The position numbers were made by a program, and so were the translations under genes. From Octopus vulgaris (Eukaryota), in the NCBI GenBank assembly GCA_951406725.2, contig OX597821.1:60388001-60452000 (forward strand): a DNA stretch of 64,000 nt. Reading direction: 5' to 3'. Every line of letters begins with the position of its first letter. Within the stretch, counting starts at the first letter, position 1. The notes under the pieces are model-generated. The model had not been told where the DNA came from, made no database searches, and saw only the letters and a program-made list of their open reading frames with translations. This document shows positions 24,948 through 39,059 of this stretch, piece by piece.

Positions 24948-25774
24948 CTGACTGACCAATGTTTGTAAGTGAATTTGGTAGATGGAAACTGTGGAAGTCT
25001 GTTGTGTGTGTGTGTGTCTTTGTACCTGTGTTTGTTCCACCCCTCTGCTTCAAGACTGGTGTTAGTTTATTTATGTCCCTTTAACTTACTGTGGCAAAAA
25101 TGACTGATAGAATAAGCACCAGGCTTTAAGAATAAGTGTTGGGGTTGATCTGTTTGACTAAAACTCTTTAAGGCAATACTCTAGCATGGCCACAAGCTAA
25201 TGATTGAAATAAGTAAAAGATACCCGACATAAAAGAAAAAACAAAAAAAAAACTAAGGTTTTAATTCCTGATCACACGATCAATAGTCCATTTAATTCTA
25301 CTGTCTTCTACAATTCCTTCCAAGGCAGTGAGCAGGCAGAAACATTAGCACGATGGGCAAAATGCTTTAGCGGTATTTTGTCTGTCTTTACATTCTGAGT
25401 TCAAATTCCGCCTAGGTCGACTTTGCCTTTCATCCTTTCGGAGTCGATAAATTAAGTACCAATTGTGTACTGGGGTTGATCTAATCGACTGGCCCCCTCC
25501 CCCAAAATTTCAGGCCTTGTGTCTAGAGTAGAAAAGAATTATTAATATTCCTTGTTGTGTAAGATGGCAATATAGCAGAATTGTTAGCTCATCAGGCAGA
25601 ATGCTTAGCTGCACTTTGAGTTCAAATTCCACTGAGCTACCTACCATGTTCTTTTTTGATTGTCTCTTTGCGTTAGTGAGACATTGCGTTACTTGTTTGT
25701 TTTCTCAGGCAGCATTAATGTTAAGTTTTTTTATATTGATGGATCCATGCAGTGATATGTACAAGTGCCCATTT

Positions 25775-26176
25775 GGTGACACATAAAAGTGCCTCTGAAA
25801 TCATGTGAACGTGCCCATGCAATTCCACATAAAAGTGCCTGTGCAGTGCCATGTAAAAGTGCCCATGCGGTGCCACGTAAAAGCCCCTGTGTAGTGCCAC
25901 GTAAATGCCCTGGTACGGTCCCACGTAAAAGCTCCCGTGTGGTGCCACATAAAAGCCCTCATGTGGTGCCACATAAAAGCCCCTGTGCGGTGCCACGTAA
26001 AAGCCCCCATGCGGTGTCATGTAAAAGCCCCCATGTGGTGCCACGTAAAAGCCCCCGTGCCATGCCACGTAAAAGTCCCCATGCAGTGCTACGTAAAATC
26101 CCCCGTACTGTGTCACGTAAAAGTGCCTGTGCAGTGCTACGTAAAGGTGCCCCTACAGTGCCACATAAAAGCACCC
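25775..26176. repeat. 24-bp minisatellite, about 16 units, inside SINE D
   Basis: Unit GTGCCACGTAAAAGCCCCCATGCG. Confidence 0.95.
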
Positions 26177-29100
26177 AGCACATTCTGTAAAATGGTTGAC
26201 GTTAAGAAGGGCATCCAGCCATAGAAACCATACCAAATCAGACTGGAGCCTCGTGCAGCCCCCTGGCTTGCCAGCGTGGCCAACAGACGTTAAATTATGG
26301 ATTTATCTGGTGATTAAGTTCTAGAAATAAGGGAGCTGGAAAAAACAACTAGTGACTGTGTTTTGGACTACAATAGCCTTATAATAATGTATTAGCTAAT
26401 GTTAAAGTGGTTACCAAGTATTTACAACAGAATCTCTGGCCATGCTGAATTGTGTCTCTCAGCTCATTTTTGCTTAAATTATGCAAATTATCTTGACCAC
26501 AAATGTGTTCTACTCATTTTGTATGAGTCTAAGACCCTTGGCTGCTGGAGATGAGGTTGGACAATTGCCATGTTTACAATGCTCATTTAGCTAGAAACAT
26601 GTCTCCTTGGCTCTCATCTCCAGACAATAAACCTATCCCTTTCCTTAATGACATGTCAGTTTTGGTGGAATCTTGATTCCGGAGATTATCTCCCCTTCTC
26701 ATAGGGCTGTTCTTAATTATCATTTGTTAATCATGACATGTCTCTAGAGGCAGAAGCAATTTTGATAAACTAATATTTATGTTGTATGGTATTTGATATT
26801 CCTGTATTTGTACATCTTGGCGTTAGGAAGGGCATCCAGCTGTAGAAACCTAGCCAGCATGGAAGGCAGATATTAAATGACGATGATGATGATGATGACT
26901 GATCTAATATTGATTTCTTTCTTATACACAAAGCTTCAGATTTTGGGGAAGGGAACAGTTGCTTATATCAGTGCCAGTATTTGGTCGGTGCTGTATTTAA
27001 TTGATTCTAGAAGGATGAAAGAGAAATTTGACTGCAGTGGGAATTTAGCTCAAAGCGTTAAAGGGTTGTAAATAAATATAGCAAGGCATTTTGTCAGACA
27101 TTTTATTGATTCTCCCAAAACAACTTGTTCTGATGGTGTTTTTTTTTTTAAATATTACATTAGCATTTCATAAATAATACAATAGTGTTTATTGGTGTTG
27201 TAATAGACAATGTAGTGTTATTAGTAATGTTGTATAGCTTAGCTTGTACCACATTCCTGGCATTAGCATTTGCTAATTCTCTTTTTTTCAGGTTTTCATT
27301 TGACAGTAATTAGCTCTTGTAGAATATAGAAAAACAATTTACCATATTTGATAGCATAAATGATGCACATGCATATTAGATGCATTCCATTTTCAACAAT
27401 GTGTCATCATCATTATCATCATTGTTTAACATCTTCCTTCCATGCTGGCATGGGTTGGACGGTTTGACAGGAGCCAACTAGTCATCATACTTCTGTGTCT
27501 GTTTTGGCATGGTTTTTATGGCTGGATGTCTTTCCTAACACCAACCACCCCACAGAGTGGGCTGAGTACTTTTTATGTGATTGAAGAAAAAAAGTTTTTA
27601 GTGCATTAAAGCTTGTAATATCCAAAGCAGTTTCATGTATAAGATCTGGGGTAATTTTTTTTTTTTGAGGCATTTTATACTTGCTTCAGTCAGTTGACTG
27701 CAGCCATGCTGGAGCACTGCCTTTAGTCGAGCAAATCGACCCCAGGACTTATTTTTTGTAAGCCTAGTACTTATTCTATCGGTCTCTTTTGCCAAACCGC
27801 TAGGTTACAGGTATGTAAACACACCTATTATTGGGTGTCAAGCGATGTTGGTGGGACAAACACAGACACACAAATATATATATACATATATATGACAGGC
27901 TTCTTTCAGTTTCCGTCTACCAAATCCTCTCACAAGGCTTTGGTCAGCCTGAGGCTATAGTAGAAGACACTTGCTCAAGGTACCATGCAGTGAGACTGAA
28001 CCCAGAACCATGTGGTTGGTAAGCAAGCTACTTACTGCACAGTCACTCCTGTCTTCAAATATAGTATAATGTTTTGTTGGTATTACCTGTGGATGTTAGA
28101 GGTTGGCACGGGCAAAGCATGTACAGTAAGTTTCAAAAAGCCTGGGCAGATGGTTAGTAGTTGAACACTTAAACTGCAACTGTTAAGCTTCTATTCACGT
28201 TAGGGTTGAGATTGTTTGTGTCGGGATGTGAAGAAATTGCAAGTAGGGGTTGGCAGTTGCCATTCCTCAACCAATTTATAAGATGAGCTGGCAGAAACGG
28301 CAGCATGACGGGTGAAATGCTTAGCGGTATTTCATCTGTCTTTACGTTCTAAGTACAATTTCCTCTGAGGTCGAATTTGCCTTTCATCCTTTTGGGGTCA
28401 ATGAATTAAGTACCAGTTGCATACTGGGGTTGATCTAATTGACTAGCCCCCTCCCCAAAATTTGCAGGCCTTGTACCTAGAGTAAAAAAATTTTAAGATT
28501 ACTTTATTTTAAAAAAAAGGTCAGATATAAGTCATAGGTGCAGAAGTGGCTGTGTGGTAAGTAGCTTGCTTACCAGCCACATGGTTCCGGGTTCAGTCTC
28601 ACTGTGTGGCACCTTAGGCAAGTGTCTTCTACTATAGCCTTGGGCTGACCAAAGCTTTGTGAGTGGATTTAGTAGATGGAAACTGAAAGAAGCCTGTTGT
28701 GTATATATATGTGTGTGTGTGTGTCTGCGTTTGTCGCCCCACCATCGCTTGACAACCAGTGTTGGTGTGTTTTCCTAGAATAAGTAGTAGGCTTACAAAG
28801 AATAAGTCCTAGGGTTGATTTGTTTGACTAAAGGCAGTGCTCCAGCATGGCCACAGCCAAATGATTGAAACAAGTAAAAGAATAGGTGAATTAAACATTG
28901 GTGATGCTTTGTCCCCTGCTGAAGCAGCAAAAACTTCTCTGAGGTATCGCAAGCTCCATCACAGTATCAGAAACCCTTCCATATCATCATTTGGTATCTT
29001 AGAGTCACAAGCATTTTGCCTCTTAGCTTTTATGCTTTGCTTGAATTAGTCTTTGCTTGCATAAAGGTTCCGGTTTCAGTTGTCATGCCTGTTTCTTTTG

Positions 29101-30689
29101 TGCTTTTCTTCAGCGGAAGTGTCTGGTAACAGAAAATATTCTTATATTTTAATAATAGTCATTTTATTCAGATGAACTTTGCAAGTGTTTCAATATCTTG
29201 TTGAAGTAGTGAGTGATAAAGACCATCACCCCTTACAGTATCAAGATGGTTGCAAGCTTTTGGTAGAAGTGAGGAAAACAAGAGCACAACTTTTTCTGCT
29301 AAGGAAGTTGAAATTTCTCAACAAATTCACTATTTTCCCACAAATTACATTTGCCATATTTGAATCTAATTTCAACTGTTTGATCCCTCTGTTACTTAAT
29401 GAAGATGTCCTGTGATGTTAACATTAGTTGCATTTAATCCCAGTGGATCCACCACCCAACCACCTACATTTCAGTGGGGTGGCTAGAGTGTGTGCCGCCC
29501 AGAGCAGTCCTTGAGTTTACTGCCCTCCACCCCATGTCCTCTATGCATAGAAGCTTATACACCAGACTCCAAAGTGACGCCCCTATAAATGTATCACCTG
29601 GGGTGGACACCTCTCCCAAACTACTCTAGCTATGCTACTATCTGGAATACTGATTTACCCTTTAGCATTTATTCTAAAATATTCTATCTGTTCTATGTTC
29701 AGCATCATCATCGTTTTTATCCCACTGCTTGACCCCTTAGATTAGTGTCTTCTGCTACAGATACAGGTTAACCAAAGCTTTGTGAGTGGATTTGGTAGAC
29801 GGAAACTGAAAGAAACCCATCACGTGTGTGTGTAGTTATGACTATCACCTTGTCTTGACCTGATGTGAAGTTGTAAATGAGTGTCACCATGATAGTGTCA
29901 TTTGTTTCCAACCTTTTATTAAAATGTTTTGTTGTGTTTGGGGAGAATCATTTTCTTTTTGTGCCATATAATTTAACACACTCACCGGTAAAATTTCCAC
30001 TTATTCCTTATTTTTATTTTCCTAAAATTTTTGTTGCGTCTTGCAACCTTTTCAATAGTCATGCTTCAACACATGAACTCGCATAAAGAATCTTGCAATC
30101 CAAATCCAATATTAAAATGTTTGGTTTTGAAGAAATATTGGCTTTGTTGAAAACAGTTGAAGGTTGGCAACAGTAAGAGTATCTAGCTATAAAAAATCTG
30201 CCTCAACAAATTCCATATGAGCTGTGTGAGCATTAAAATGGGGGTGATGATGGATGATGATATACATTTACAGAATAAATAAGCATTTAATTAATGCATT
30301 GCTATCAGTTGAATTAGTGATTTTTAATTACAAATAATTATGCAGTAATTTATAGTCAGATTCCCTTCTTGTTGTCAACCCTTGCCTGTTTTTCAAGTGA
30401 TTTTTAAAATTCTATAGCTGGAATATGGGTATTAAAAGATGATGTTGACAATCATGTTAGGTTTCTTTGGGATAATGTAATATTTTTAATAGTTACATTA
30501 TTGCCATACTGGAGTGAGTGCTAGTTTTTGTCTCAAGGTTGTAATAACATCATCATCGTTTAACATCTGCTTGCCATGCTGGCATAGGTTGGACGGTTTG
30601 ACTGAGGACTGGCAAGCTAGTAGGCTGCACCAGGCAAAGTTTCTACAGCTGGATGCCCTTCCTAATGCCAACCACTCTGTGAGTGTGGT

Positions 30690-31042
30690 GGGTGCTTTTT
30701 ACGTGCCACAGACACGGGAGCCAGTCAGGGGGCACTGGCATTGACCATGTTTAGATGGTATTTTTTATGTGCCATTGGCATAGGAGCCAGTCAGGAGGTA
30801 CTGGCATTGACCATGTTTGGATGGTGCTTTTTTACATTCCACTGGCATGGAAGCCAGTCAGGGGTCTCTGACATTGACCACGTTTGGATGGTGCTTTTTT
30901 ACATGCCACTGACACAGGAATCAGTCAGGGCACTGGCATTGACCATGTTCAGATGGTGTTTTTTATGTACCACCAACATGGGAGCCAGTCAGGCGGGCCT
31001 GGCATTGACCACGTTTGGATGGTGCTTTTCCGTGCCATTGGC
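30690..31042. repeat. About 57-bp tandem repeat (about 6 units) inside SINE D
   Basis: Recurring GGAGCCAGTCAGG..CTGGCATTGACCA.GTTTGGATGGTG.TTTTT. Confidence 0.9.
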
Positions 31043-33835
31043 AGTATTTTCAAGTTGGATGTTTGAATTAGTTTTTTTTAATTTTTTTTTTTTACTTAGA
31101 ATGTGAATCCATTATCATAGCATATAATGGGCTGGAGATGGGATGTTAGAGTATTGCGTGATGAAATTTAATGTTTTGAAATGTCCCATAGATGTATTAT
31201 GTCAAGTGTCTTTGTTCACGTCTGGTTTGAAATAACTACACTGTACTTTTGTTTGGTTCATTCATTTGGCAACAACTGCAAACAAAACTGATTTAGCTCA
31301 TGTAAAATAGTTCCCAGAAACTGTCTTTGTCTATTGTAATTGAAATTTTTTTTAAAGTTGCTATTAATATCATTAAGTGTATGTTTCACATCGTTGTCAT
31401 CTTCATAGAAATCATGTTTCCAAACATGGACAGGGCATTCACACCTATTCTCTGCAAGATATAAATTCTGTGTTGTCTAAATGTTTTCCTTTCTGACCTA
31501 ACACAGGTTTTTGCTTATCTTTACTGGAATTACTTTTTGATACCCAAGTTGGAAAATTCTACATAGTCACTTCATCTGCTTTTAATAGTAGCCACAAATC
31601 CCTCAAATACTTCTTATTCCATTTCCTTTTTTATCTTTTACTTGTTTCAGTCATTGAACTGTGGCCATGCTGGTGCACTGCCTAATCAACCCCAGTATTG
31701 GGCTGATACCTATTCTACTGGTCTCTTTTGCAGCACCACTTAGTTATGAGGATGTAAACAAACCCACAAATTGTCAAGCAATGCTGGGACACAAAAACAC
31801 ATACACACGTGCCCATGCACACATACACACACTATGGGCTTCTACATCTACCGATTCTTCTCACAAGTTATTGGCTGATCCAAAGCCATGGTAGATGACA
31901 TTTTCTCAAGGTGCCATGCAGTGGGACTGAACCTGAAACCATGTGGTTACAAAGCAAGCTTCTTAGCCACACAGCCATGCCTACACCTAAAAAAGACATT
32001 AGATAATGTAGTCCTAGATATATTTTTGTCTTGAGTCTGTAGGCTTATGAGGTTGCAGTTTATTTTGTTTTCAAGGTTTTTAGGTTGAGAGTACAAAACC
32101 CGCCTCTGGATAGGATGCCAATCCATCACAGGGTTAAGCCCTGGCTATTACTCATTTTCAGCCGAGTGCAATATATCAAAGTGAAATGAAGTTCCTTGTT
32201 CAAGGCCACACAACATACTACTTGATCATGGAATCAAATCCACAGTCTAATGATCGTCAAATCCTAACCACTAAGCCACCTGCCTTCTTATCCTAGATCT
32301 GTGCACTATACTGACAAAAATTGACTGATGGACACAACTAAAATGCCATTGGCTACAGGTCAGTTCAATAAGAGCTGACTTCATCAGCCCAACATATTTC
32401 ATATCGACATGCCCTAAACAGCTGGTTTTAACTCTTCAACATTTAAACTGGTAGAATATCTGACTCAAATATTCTATCTGTTTTATGTTAAACTGGCCAG
32501 ATCTAGCCTCTCACAATGTCATTCTAGAATTAAGCAATCATATCAGAATCTCAAAGCTACAAGATGCATGATTAATCCAAAATGCTGTGATTAAATATCT
32601 GACTGTAGAAACCTTGCCTGATCAGATTGGAGCCTGGTGCTGTCCATTGGCTTGCCAAATCTCAGTCAAACCATCCAACCCATGCCAGCATGGAAAGCAG
32701 CCGTTAAATGATAATGATGATGATGATTTGATAGAGTACTCTGAATGCTAAAAGGTTAAACAGTGAAATTTAAGGAATATTTGGTTGCTTTTTGTAGCTA
32801 GTCAAGTGACTATAGAGACTAATTTGTTAGCATGTCTAGATTTGTTTGTGTTGGTATTTTACTCTTTTACTTGTTTCAGTCATGTGTCTGTGGCCATGCT
32901 GGAGCACCACCTTTAGTCAAGCAAATCGGCCCCAGGACTTATTCTTTGTAAGCTTAGTACTTATTCTATCAGTCTCTTTTGCTGAACTGCCTAGTTACAG
33001 GCACACCAGCATCGGTTGTCAAGCGATGTTGGGGGGACAAACACAGACACACAAACACATATATATACACATATACGATGGGCTTCTTTCAGTTTCTGTC
33101 TACCAAATCCACTCAAGGCTTTGGTTGGCCCGAGGCTATTGTAGAAGACACTTGCCCAAGGTGCCACGCAGTGGGACTGAACCTGGAACCATGTGGTTCG
33201 TTAGCAAGCTACTTACCACACAGCCACTCTTATGTCTATTAATGATTTTAAATTTTGGCACAAGGCCAACAATTTTAAGGGGAGGGTTAAGGTGACTTAT
33301 ATCTATCCCCACAAGGATGAAAGGCAAAATCGACCTCGGGGAAATTTGAACTCAGAACGTAAAGCCGGAAGAAATAGTGCTAAGCATTGTCAGGCGTGTT
33401 AATGATTTGCGATTTTTAAATATAATCGGTTCATAGATTTTCATGAATGTACAGTAAGATTTGGAGCCAGTAACACTTTCTTCGTATCACTTTATGCATA
33501 TCTTTTGCACTTCAAATATTTTGGTGATAGTTGATGTATTTTTAAAAAACAATATTAATGGAGTTACTGTGTGCAGCTATGTATGTAAGGTGTATGTGTA
33601 TCAATATGTGTGTATTGATATATATATTTGTGTATGCATGCAGACATGTTTATATGTGGCAGTGTGGTAGATTTTTTAATCTTTAACCAGAATTTTTGGG
33701 TTCAGTTCCACTGTATAGCAGCTTGGGTAAGTGTCTTCTTTTATAAGCCCTGTGCCAGCAAAATCCTTTTGAGTGGATTTCATAGATGGAAATTAACAGC
33801 AACCCATTGTGTGAGTTTATTTATATACACGCACA

Positions 33836-34704
33836 CAGAGGGTGCATAAACTATCGTCTCAATTACACAAAAATGAAAATAACACTGACATCTTATTTTA
33901 ACAGATATATTTACCAAAATTACATAAAAATATCTTGAAATACTAAAGAGTAAATTTATTCAATAAAATCGCCATTGGCTTTAACCATGGCCTCCAGACA
34001 ACTTTGGAATCTCCTGCAACTCTTCTGGATGTTCTCTTCGCTTAAGTTGGTGAATGCTGCCATAATCCTTGCCATCAGTTTTGGTGTTACGAGGAATTTT
34101 GTTGGTCTCTTGCTCAACTGTGCCCTACACATAATAATCAAGGGGGTTGCAGTCTGGGGTGTTAAATGACCAGATGTTATGGGTGATGTCACAGAAATTG
34201 TTTGACAGACATGACTGGCTTCTCCTACTTGTGTGGCATTGTGCAGTCCAGATGTAGGATCTTCCAGCAGCCACCCTGTTAACCCAGGGCAGCACTACCG
34301 CCTCCAAGTACTTGATGTAGGCCTCTGTGTTGAGTCTGAGGTTCTGTGTGAAGATGAATGGTGGCATTTTATCACCATCATTAGTGATCACTCCGAACAC
34401 AATAATGTTGACTGGATGTTTTATTTTTGTCACTCTTGGTACATGTCCTCAGATTGCACTGTCCTCAGATTGACACCCAAACACTCTGAAATATTTGTAT
34501 TGGAACCTTCGGTGTGAATGCCAAGCAGTACAGCATGTTGTTTCCAAATTTCTAGCAGAGTGAATTGCATCATGGTGTTGTTTTTCCTACAGATGGTGCC
34601 CAACTGACCCTACTATACTATGTAGTTGAGAAAACCAAAAGCAAACAATGCACATGTACGAAATTAAAGATATAAAATGGTGACAATTTACCCATTGCAC
34701 CCTG
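33836..34704 (-). mobile_element. Internally deleted Tc1/mariner element
   Basis: Imperfect CAGGGTGCA TIRs, TA at the right end; transposase relics KHPVNIIVFGVI..YIKYLEAVVLPW..PDCNPLDYYV. Confidence 0.85.
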
Positions 34705-34777
34705 TATATATTTGTGTGTGTGTGTGTAACATCTCTGAATGACTAATATATTTTCCATACTTGGGGGTTTTTATGAG

Positions 34778-35897
34778 AAAGAATTTTGTGAAGCATCAGA
34801 CTTCAGCAGAATAAATATGGGTAGTTCAATCTTAGTTAAAGGTCTATAGCATTTGTCCATGTTATGTATAATTAACAACAGGTCAAAGATTTGTTTTCTC
34901 TCATTTTTAATCCATATAATCTCTGTTAATGCAAAGAATTCGCTCCACACTGAAGTGAATGCTAACGATGAAATAAATATTTGGTAACAACCCTCTGGTT
35001 CTTTTCGTTCAACATTGAAGTCCTCCCCACTCCTGTAGCTTTTGCTACATAACATGCAAACACAAACAACTTTTTGGCAGGATTTCAACTCTGAGCTATA
35101 TATAAATCTGCTAAGCTTATTTTATCCTGTTAAAAAGTCTGCATCCATCCCCCATATTTTTTACTAATCTAACTTCCAGTTTGCTAGATTGGTGGATGTA
35201 GTTTTCTTAGTATCAACATTACACAAACATATCAATTTCTCTTTACATTAGTCTCTATGGTGTCAATTAGTATTTGTGCATGCGTGTGTGTGTGTATACC
35301 TCTTTACTCTTTTCTCTCTTTTACTTGTCATTTTACAGTCATTTGACTGTGGCCATGCTGGAGCACCACCTTTAGTCGAGCAAATTGACCCCAGGACTTA
35401 TTCTTTGTAAGCCTAGTACTTATTCTACCAGTCTCTTTTGCCGAACTAAGTTACAGGGACGTAAACACACCAGCATTGGTTGTCAAGCGATGTTGGGGGG
35501 ACAAACAGACACACAAACACACATATATACATATACATGATAAAAGAATTTTGTGAAGCATCAGACTTCAGCAGAATAAATATGGGTAGTTCAATCTTAG
35601 TTAAAGGTCTATAGCATTTGTCCATGTTATGTATAATTAACAACAGGTCAAAGATTTGTTTTCTCTCATTTTTAATCCATATAATCTCTGTTAATGCAAA
35701 GAATTCGCTCCACACTGAAGTGAATGCTAACGATGAAATAAATATTTGGTAACAACCCTCTGGTTCTTTTCGTTCAACATTGAAGTCCTCCCCACTCCTG
35801 TAGCTTTTGCTACATAACATGCAAACACAAACAACTTTTTGGCAGGATTTCAACTCTGAGCTATATATAAATCTGCTAAGCTTATTTTATCCTGTTA
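34778..35897. repeat. 355-bp dispersed direct duplication
   Basis: 34778-35132 equals 35543-35897 (identical translated ORFs in the track); the second copy sits inside a SINE. Confidence 0.95.
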
Positions 35898-36176
35898 TAT
35901 GGGCTTCTTTCAGTTTCTGTCTACCAAATCCACTCACAAGGCTTTGGTTGAGCCAAGGCTATAGTAGAAGACACGCAGTGGGACTGAACCCGGAACCATG
36001 TGGTTGGTAAGCAAGCTACTTACCACACAACCATTCCTGTGCCTCTACATAATTTGTAACTTGTTTGTCAAAATTTTCAATATTACTTGAAAATAAGAAA
36101 TGTGGCCATTGATCACATAATTCTGAGTTCAGATTTTGTAAAAGATGTTATGTTTTCATTCATTATAACACACTGA

Positions 36177-37628
36177 TCTCTTATTATAAAAGGCAGATTT
36201 TATCTGCCTCCCTTTGTCTCTTATAGAAATCTACAATATAGGATTTCTTCAATTACAATTTACCTAGCATTTTTAAGAGTAGAATGCATCGGGTCGTGCC
36301 AGGTCCAGTTTTTAAAATTTCAACCCCAATTAAGCAAAATTTAGAGAAAACTCACATTGTGGTGTGTGAGAGTCAAGTGCTTTTCTTAGTGTGGGCTATA
36401 GCACATGCACACACACACACACAAAAAGGGAGCGATCTGATTCACTCACGCTATCATTCTAATTTCTACGACTTTCTCTTTGCAAGTTTGCAACGATTAA
36501 AGTGAAACTATTTCGATAAAACGAGAGAAGTGTACCTTAAACCACTACTAAAAAAAACAAAAAAAACACAGCAAACAGAAACAAATAAATACATAACGAT
36601 TTACTCCTCACACAATTTCTTCAATTAGAGTTTACCCATGATTTTTCAAAGTACTTCCATTGGGTCATGCCATACAAAATTTCTTTCAATTTTACCCCCA
36701 ATTAAGACAAAATTCGAGAAAACTCAATATTTTAACATTTCACTCCGAAAGCATTGATGTACATGTGTGCGTGCGTGAGTGTGTGTGTGTCATTCCTCAC
36801 ACACGCATACACATACATATATGACAGTGACAAACACAAACGTTTCAAACAACTACATACAAACACGTGTGTGTTTGTTATTAGTAAAAAAAGGCGCCAA
36901 AGCACAACTCACTTCTCATTCCAACACATTTGCAAAGACACACGGATGGTCGAATTGCTATAACAATACAGAAAAGGTAAATTGATTTTTATTTTACTTT
37001 CTGTTGTTAAATTTTGGTAGTATTAATTGGCGAGCCGAGCTTGCAGTATGAAACAGTGTTTATGTATAAACAGACGACACTTATATATAGTTATTAATAA
37101 ATGTATGCATCCGTTTAAAAGAAAAACCAAAAAATATTTTATTCTTTATAAATGTTGTGTTCAAAATAACATTTTCTTTTAAGAATGTGTATATAACAAA
37201 GTATGTGTATATAACTACGTGGCTTATATCTTTATATATAAAAGTGAAGTTGTGTGTCTGTCTCCTACGATTTAGATTCCTAACTACTCCCACATTTTGC
37301 GGTGCAGTGTAACCAAAACCGGGTATCTTATAGTCGTGATTCATATCGAGCCCTTCTGGGTATTAGCGTGCGTCTACGATGAGTCTACGATTTAAAAAAA
37401 ATTTACCATCATATTTTTCCATTTTAATGCATTTTTTTCGCTATTATATAAGGGAAGTAACTCTCTAAAAAATATCTATGATGTGTCAACGATTTCAAAA
37501 AAAAATTTACCATCATTTTTTTCCCATTTTTAATGCATTTTTTTGCTATTTTTTGGCTATAACTCTCTAAAAATGCTTATATAGTTATTTCCCTTACAAA
37601 CCCGAGCAACACCGGGCGATACTGCTAG
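36177..37628 (+). mobile_element. Composite non-autonomous Helitron
   Basis: Outer 5' A|TCTCTTATTATAAAAG at 36177, inner 5' TC end at 37229, single 3' hairpin + CTAG|T at 37625-37629. Confidence 0.75.
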
Positions 37629-38665
37629 TGGTTAATAAACTGACAGATATGTTCTAGCTGCAGGCATGGCTGTGTGGTTGAGACAAGATACAAGCTTACA
37701 TTGTACATTCACTGGAATTTACTCCCACACACAACCACTTGCCCCCTTCATTTCCTCTTCAACACATACCTTACCACCCAATAATTTTCAACTTGCTAGT
37801 ATTCACCTTCATACCTTTTGTCCTCCAAGCCATCTTTTAACACCAAAATATTCCAGTATTCCTCCATTGTAAGACACCTGTTTCCGTCCCACTTGTCATA
37901 TTTTAACCTTTCACCACCTGGCATGAAGCCACTCCACTTAATACTATCACTTCTTCATTTTAGAGGTTTTGTGTTGTGAGTTACTTGGTGACTTTACTAA
38001 TGTCGTTACCACATATAAAGCATCACTATACTCTGTAAAGTGGTTGGTGTTGGGAAGGGCATCCAGCCATAGAAACCATACCAAAGCAGACACTGGAACT
38101 TGGCACAATCCTCTGGCTTGTTGGCTCCTGTCAAACTGTCCAATCCCAACCAGAATGGAAAACAGATGTTAGATAGTGATGATGATAATGATGTATTATC
38201 TAAAATTAAAAAAAAAAGGTTATTTTTATATTGTTACTATAGTTACAGTGCTGATCCCTTCTTGAGATTTTATAACTACCTACTTTGCTTGTTGTAAATC
38301 AGTGACTGATGGCCACAATATATTGCTGGCTGGAGCAGGCCCTGGCTACCTCTAGCAATCAGGTACTTGTGACTGGAGATGAGCCAACCAGCTCAAAACT
38401 GAGTAAGTCTCGTGATCCTGTTGTCTGCTAGAGGATGGTAGCAATATATGAGGTAGCCTAAAAAAAAAAACATGGTACAAGACTTCTGATGAAGGTACAA
38501 GACTTAAGGGCTCAAAACTTTTCATACACCCTTCGTATATGTAATGTACTGGGCGGCAGCGCTGCATCAATATCCAGCTGGTGGAAGATTTGCCTGGGGT
38601 TAAACTAGTGGTAACATGAAGCAGCCTCTTCAGTGTAGCAATTAACTTTATTTATTTTTTATATA

Positions 38666-39015
38666 CAGGGTGATTAAAAAGTCTCCATACATAGGAAAAA
38701 TTTATCTTTTTATAAGATCCCTTGATCTGACCCCTCTTGATTTCTATCTTTGGGGGCATTTGAAAGGTATGCTGTATCGCGAAAAGACAAAAAGCATAAA
38801 TCATTTGAAGGAACGCATCACCAACTCAATTTGTACAAGTATCACCAGATGTGCTATTATGAGTTCACAATGAGTGGGGTAAATGTATTGCAATGTGTAT
38901 TCAAAACAATGGTAACCATACAGAGCCTGTTAAATAAAAAAGAAACTGTTCTTATAAACTGTTTCTTATAAAAAGATAAATTGTTCCTATGTATGGTGAC
39001 TTTTGAATCACCCTA
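38666..39015 (+). mobile_element. Tc1/mariner deletion derivative
   Basis: TA TSDs, about 30-bp TIRs CAGGGTGATTAAAAAGTCTCCATACATAGGAA, internal RSLDLTPLDFYLWGHLK. Confidence 0.9.
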
Positions 39016-39059
39016 TAGTTTATTTTGTTCTCAACAAACTTTTTTTTTTCTTTTTCTAG

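Noticed and set aside
25721-26224. ORFs with VPRKSP or GFYVAPH repeats resembling protamine/H1 or cuticle proteins
   Set aside because: Open in nearly all frames because of a stop-free 24-bp repeat inside a SINE; no splice or start context.
39025-39059. TTG start of the 280-aa ORF
   Set aside because: This is the polypyrimidine tract of the intron; the exon starts at 39060.
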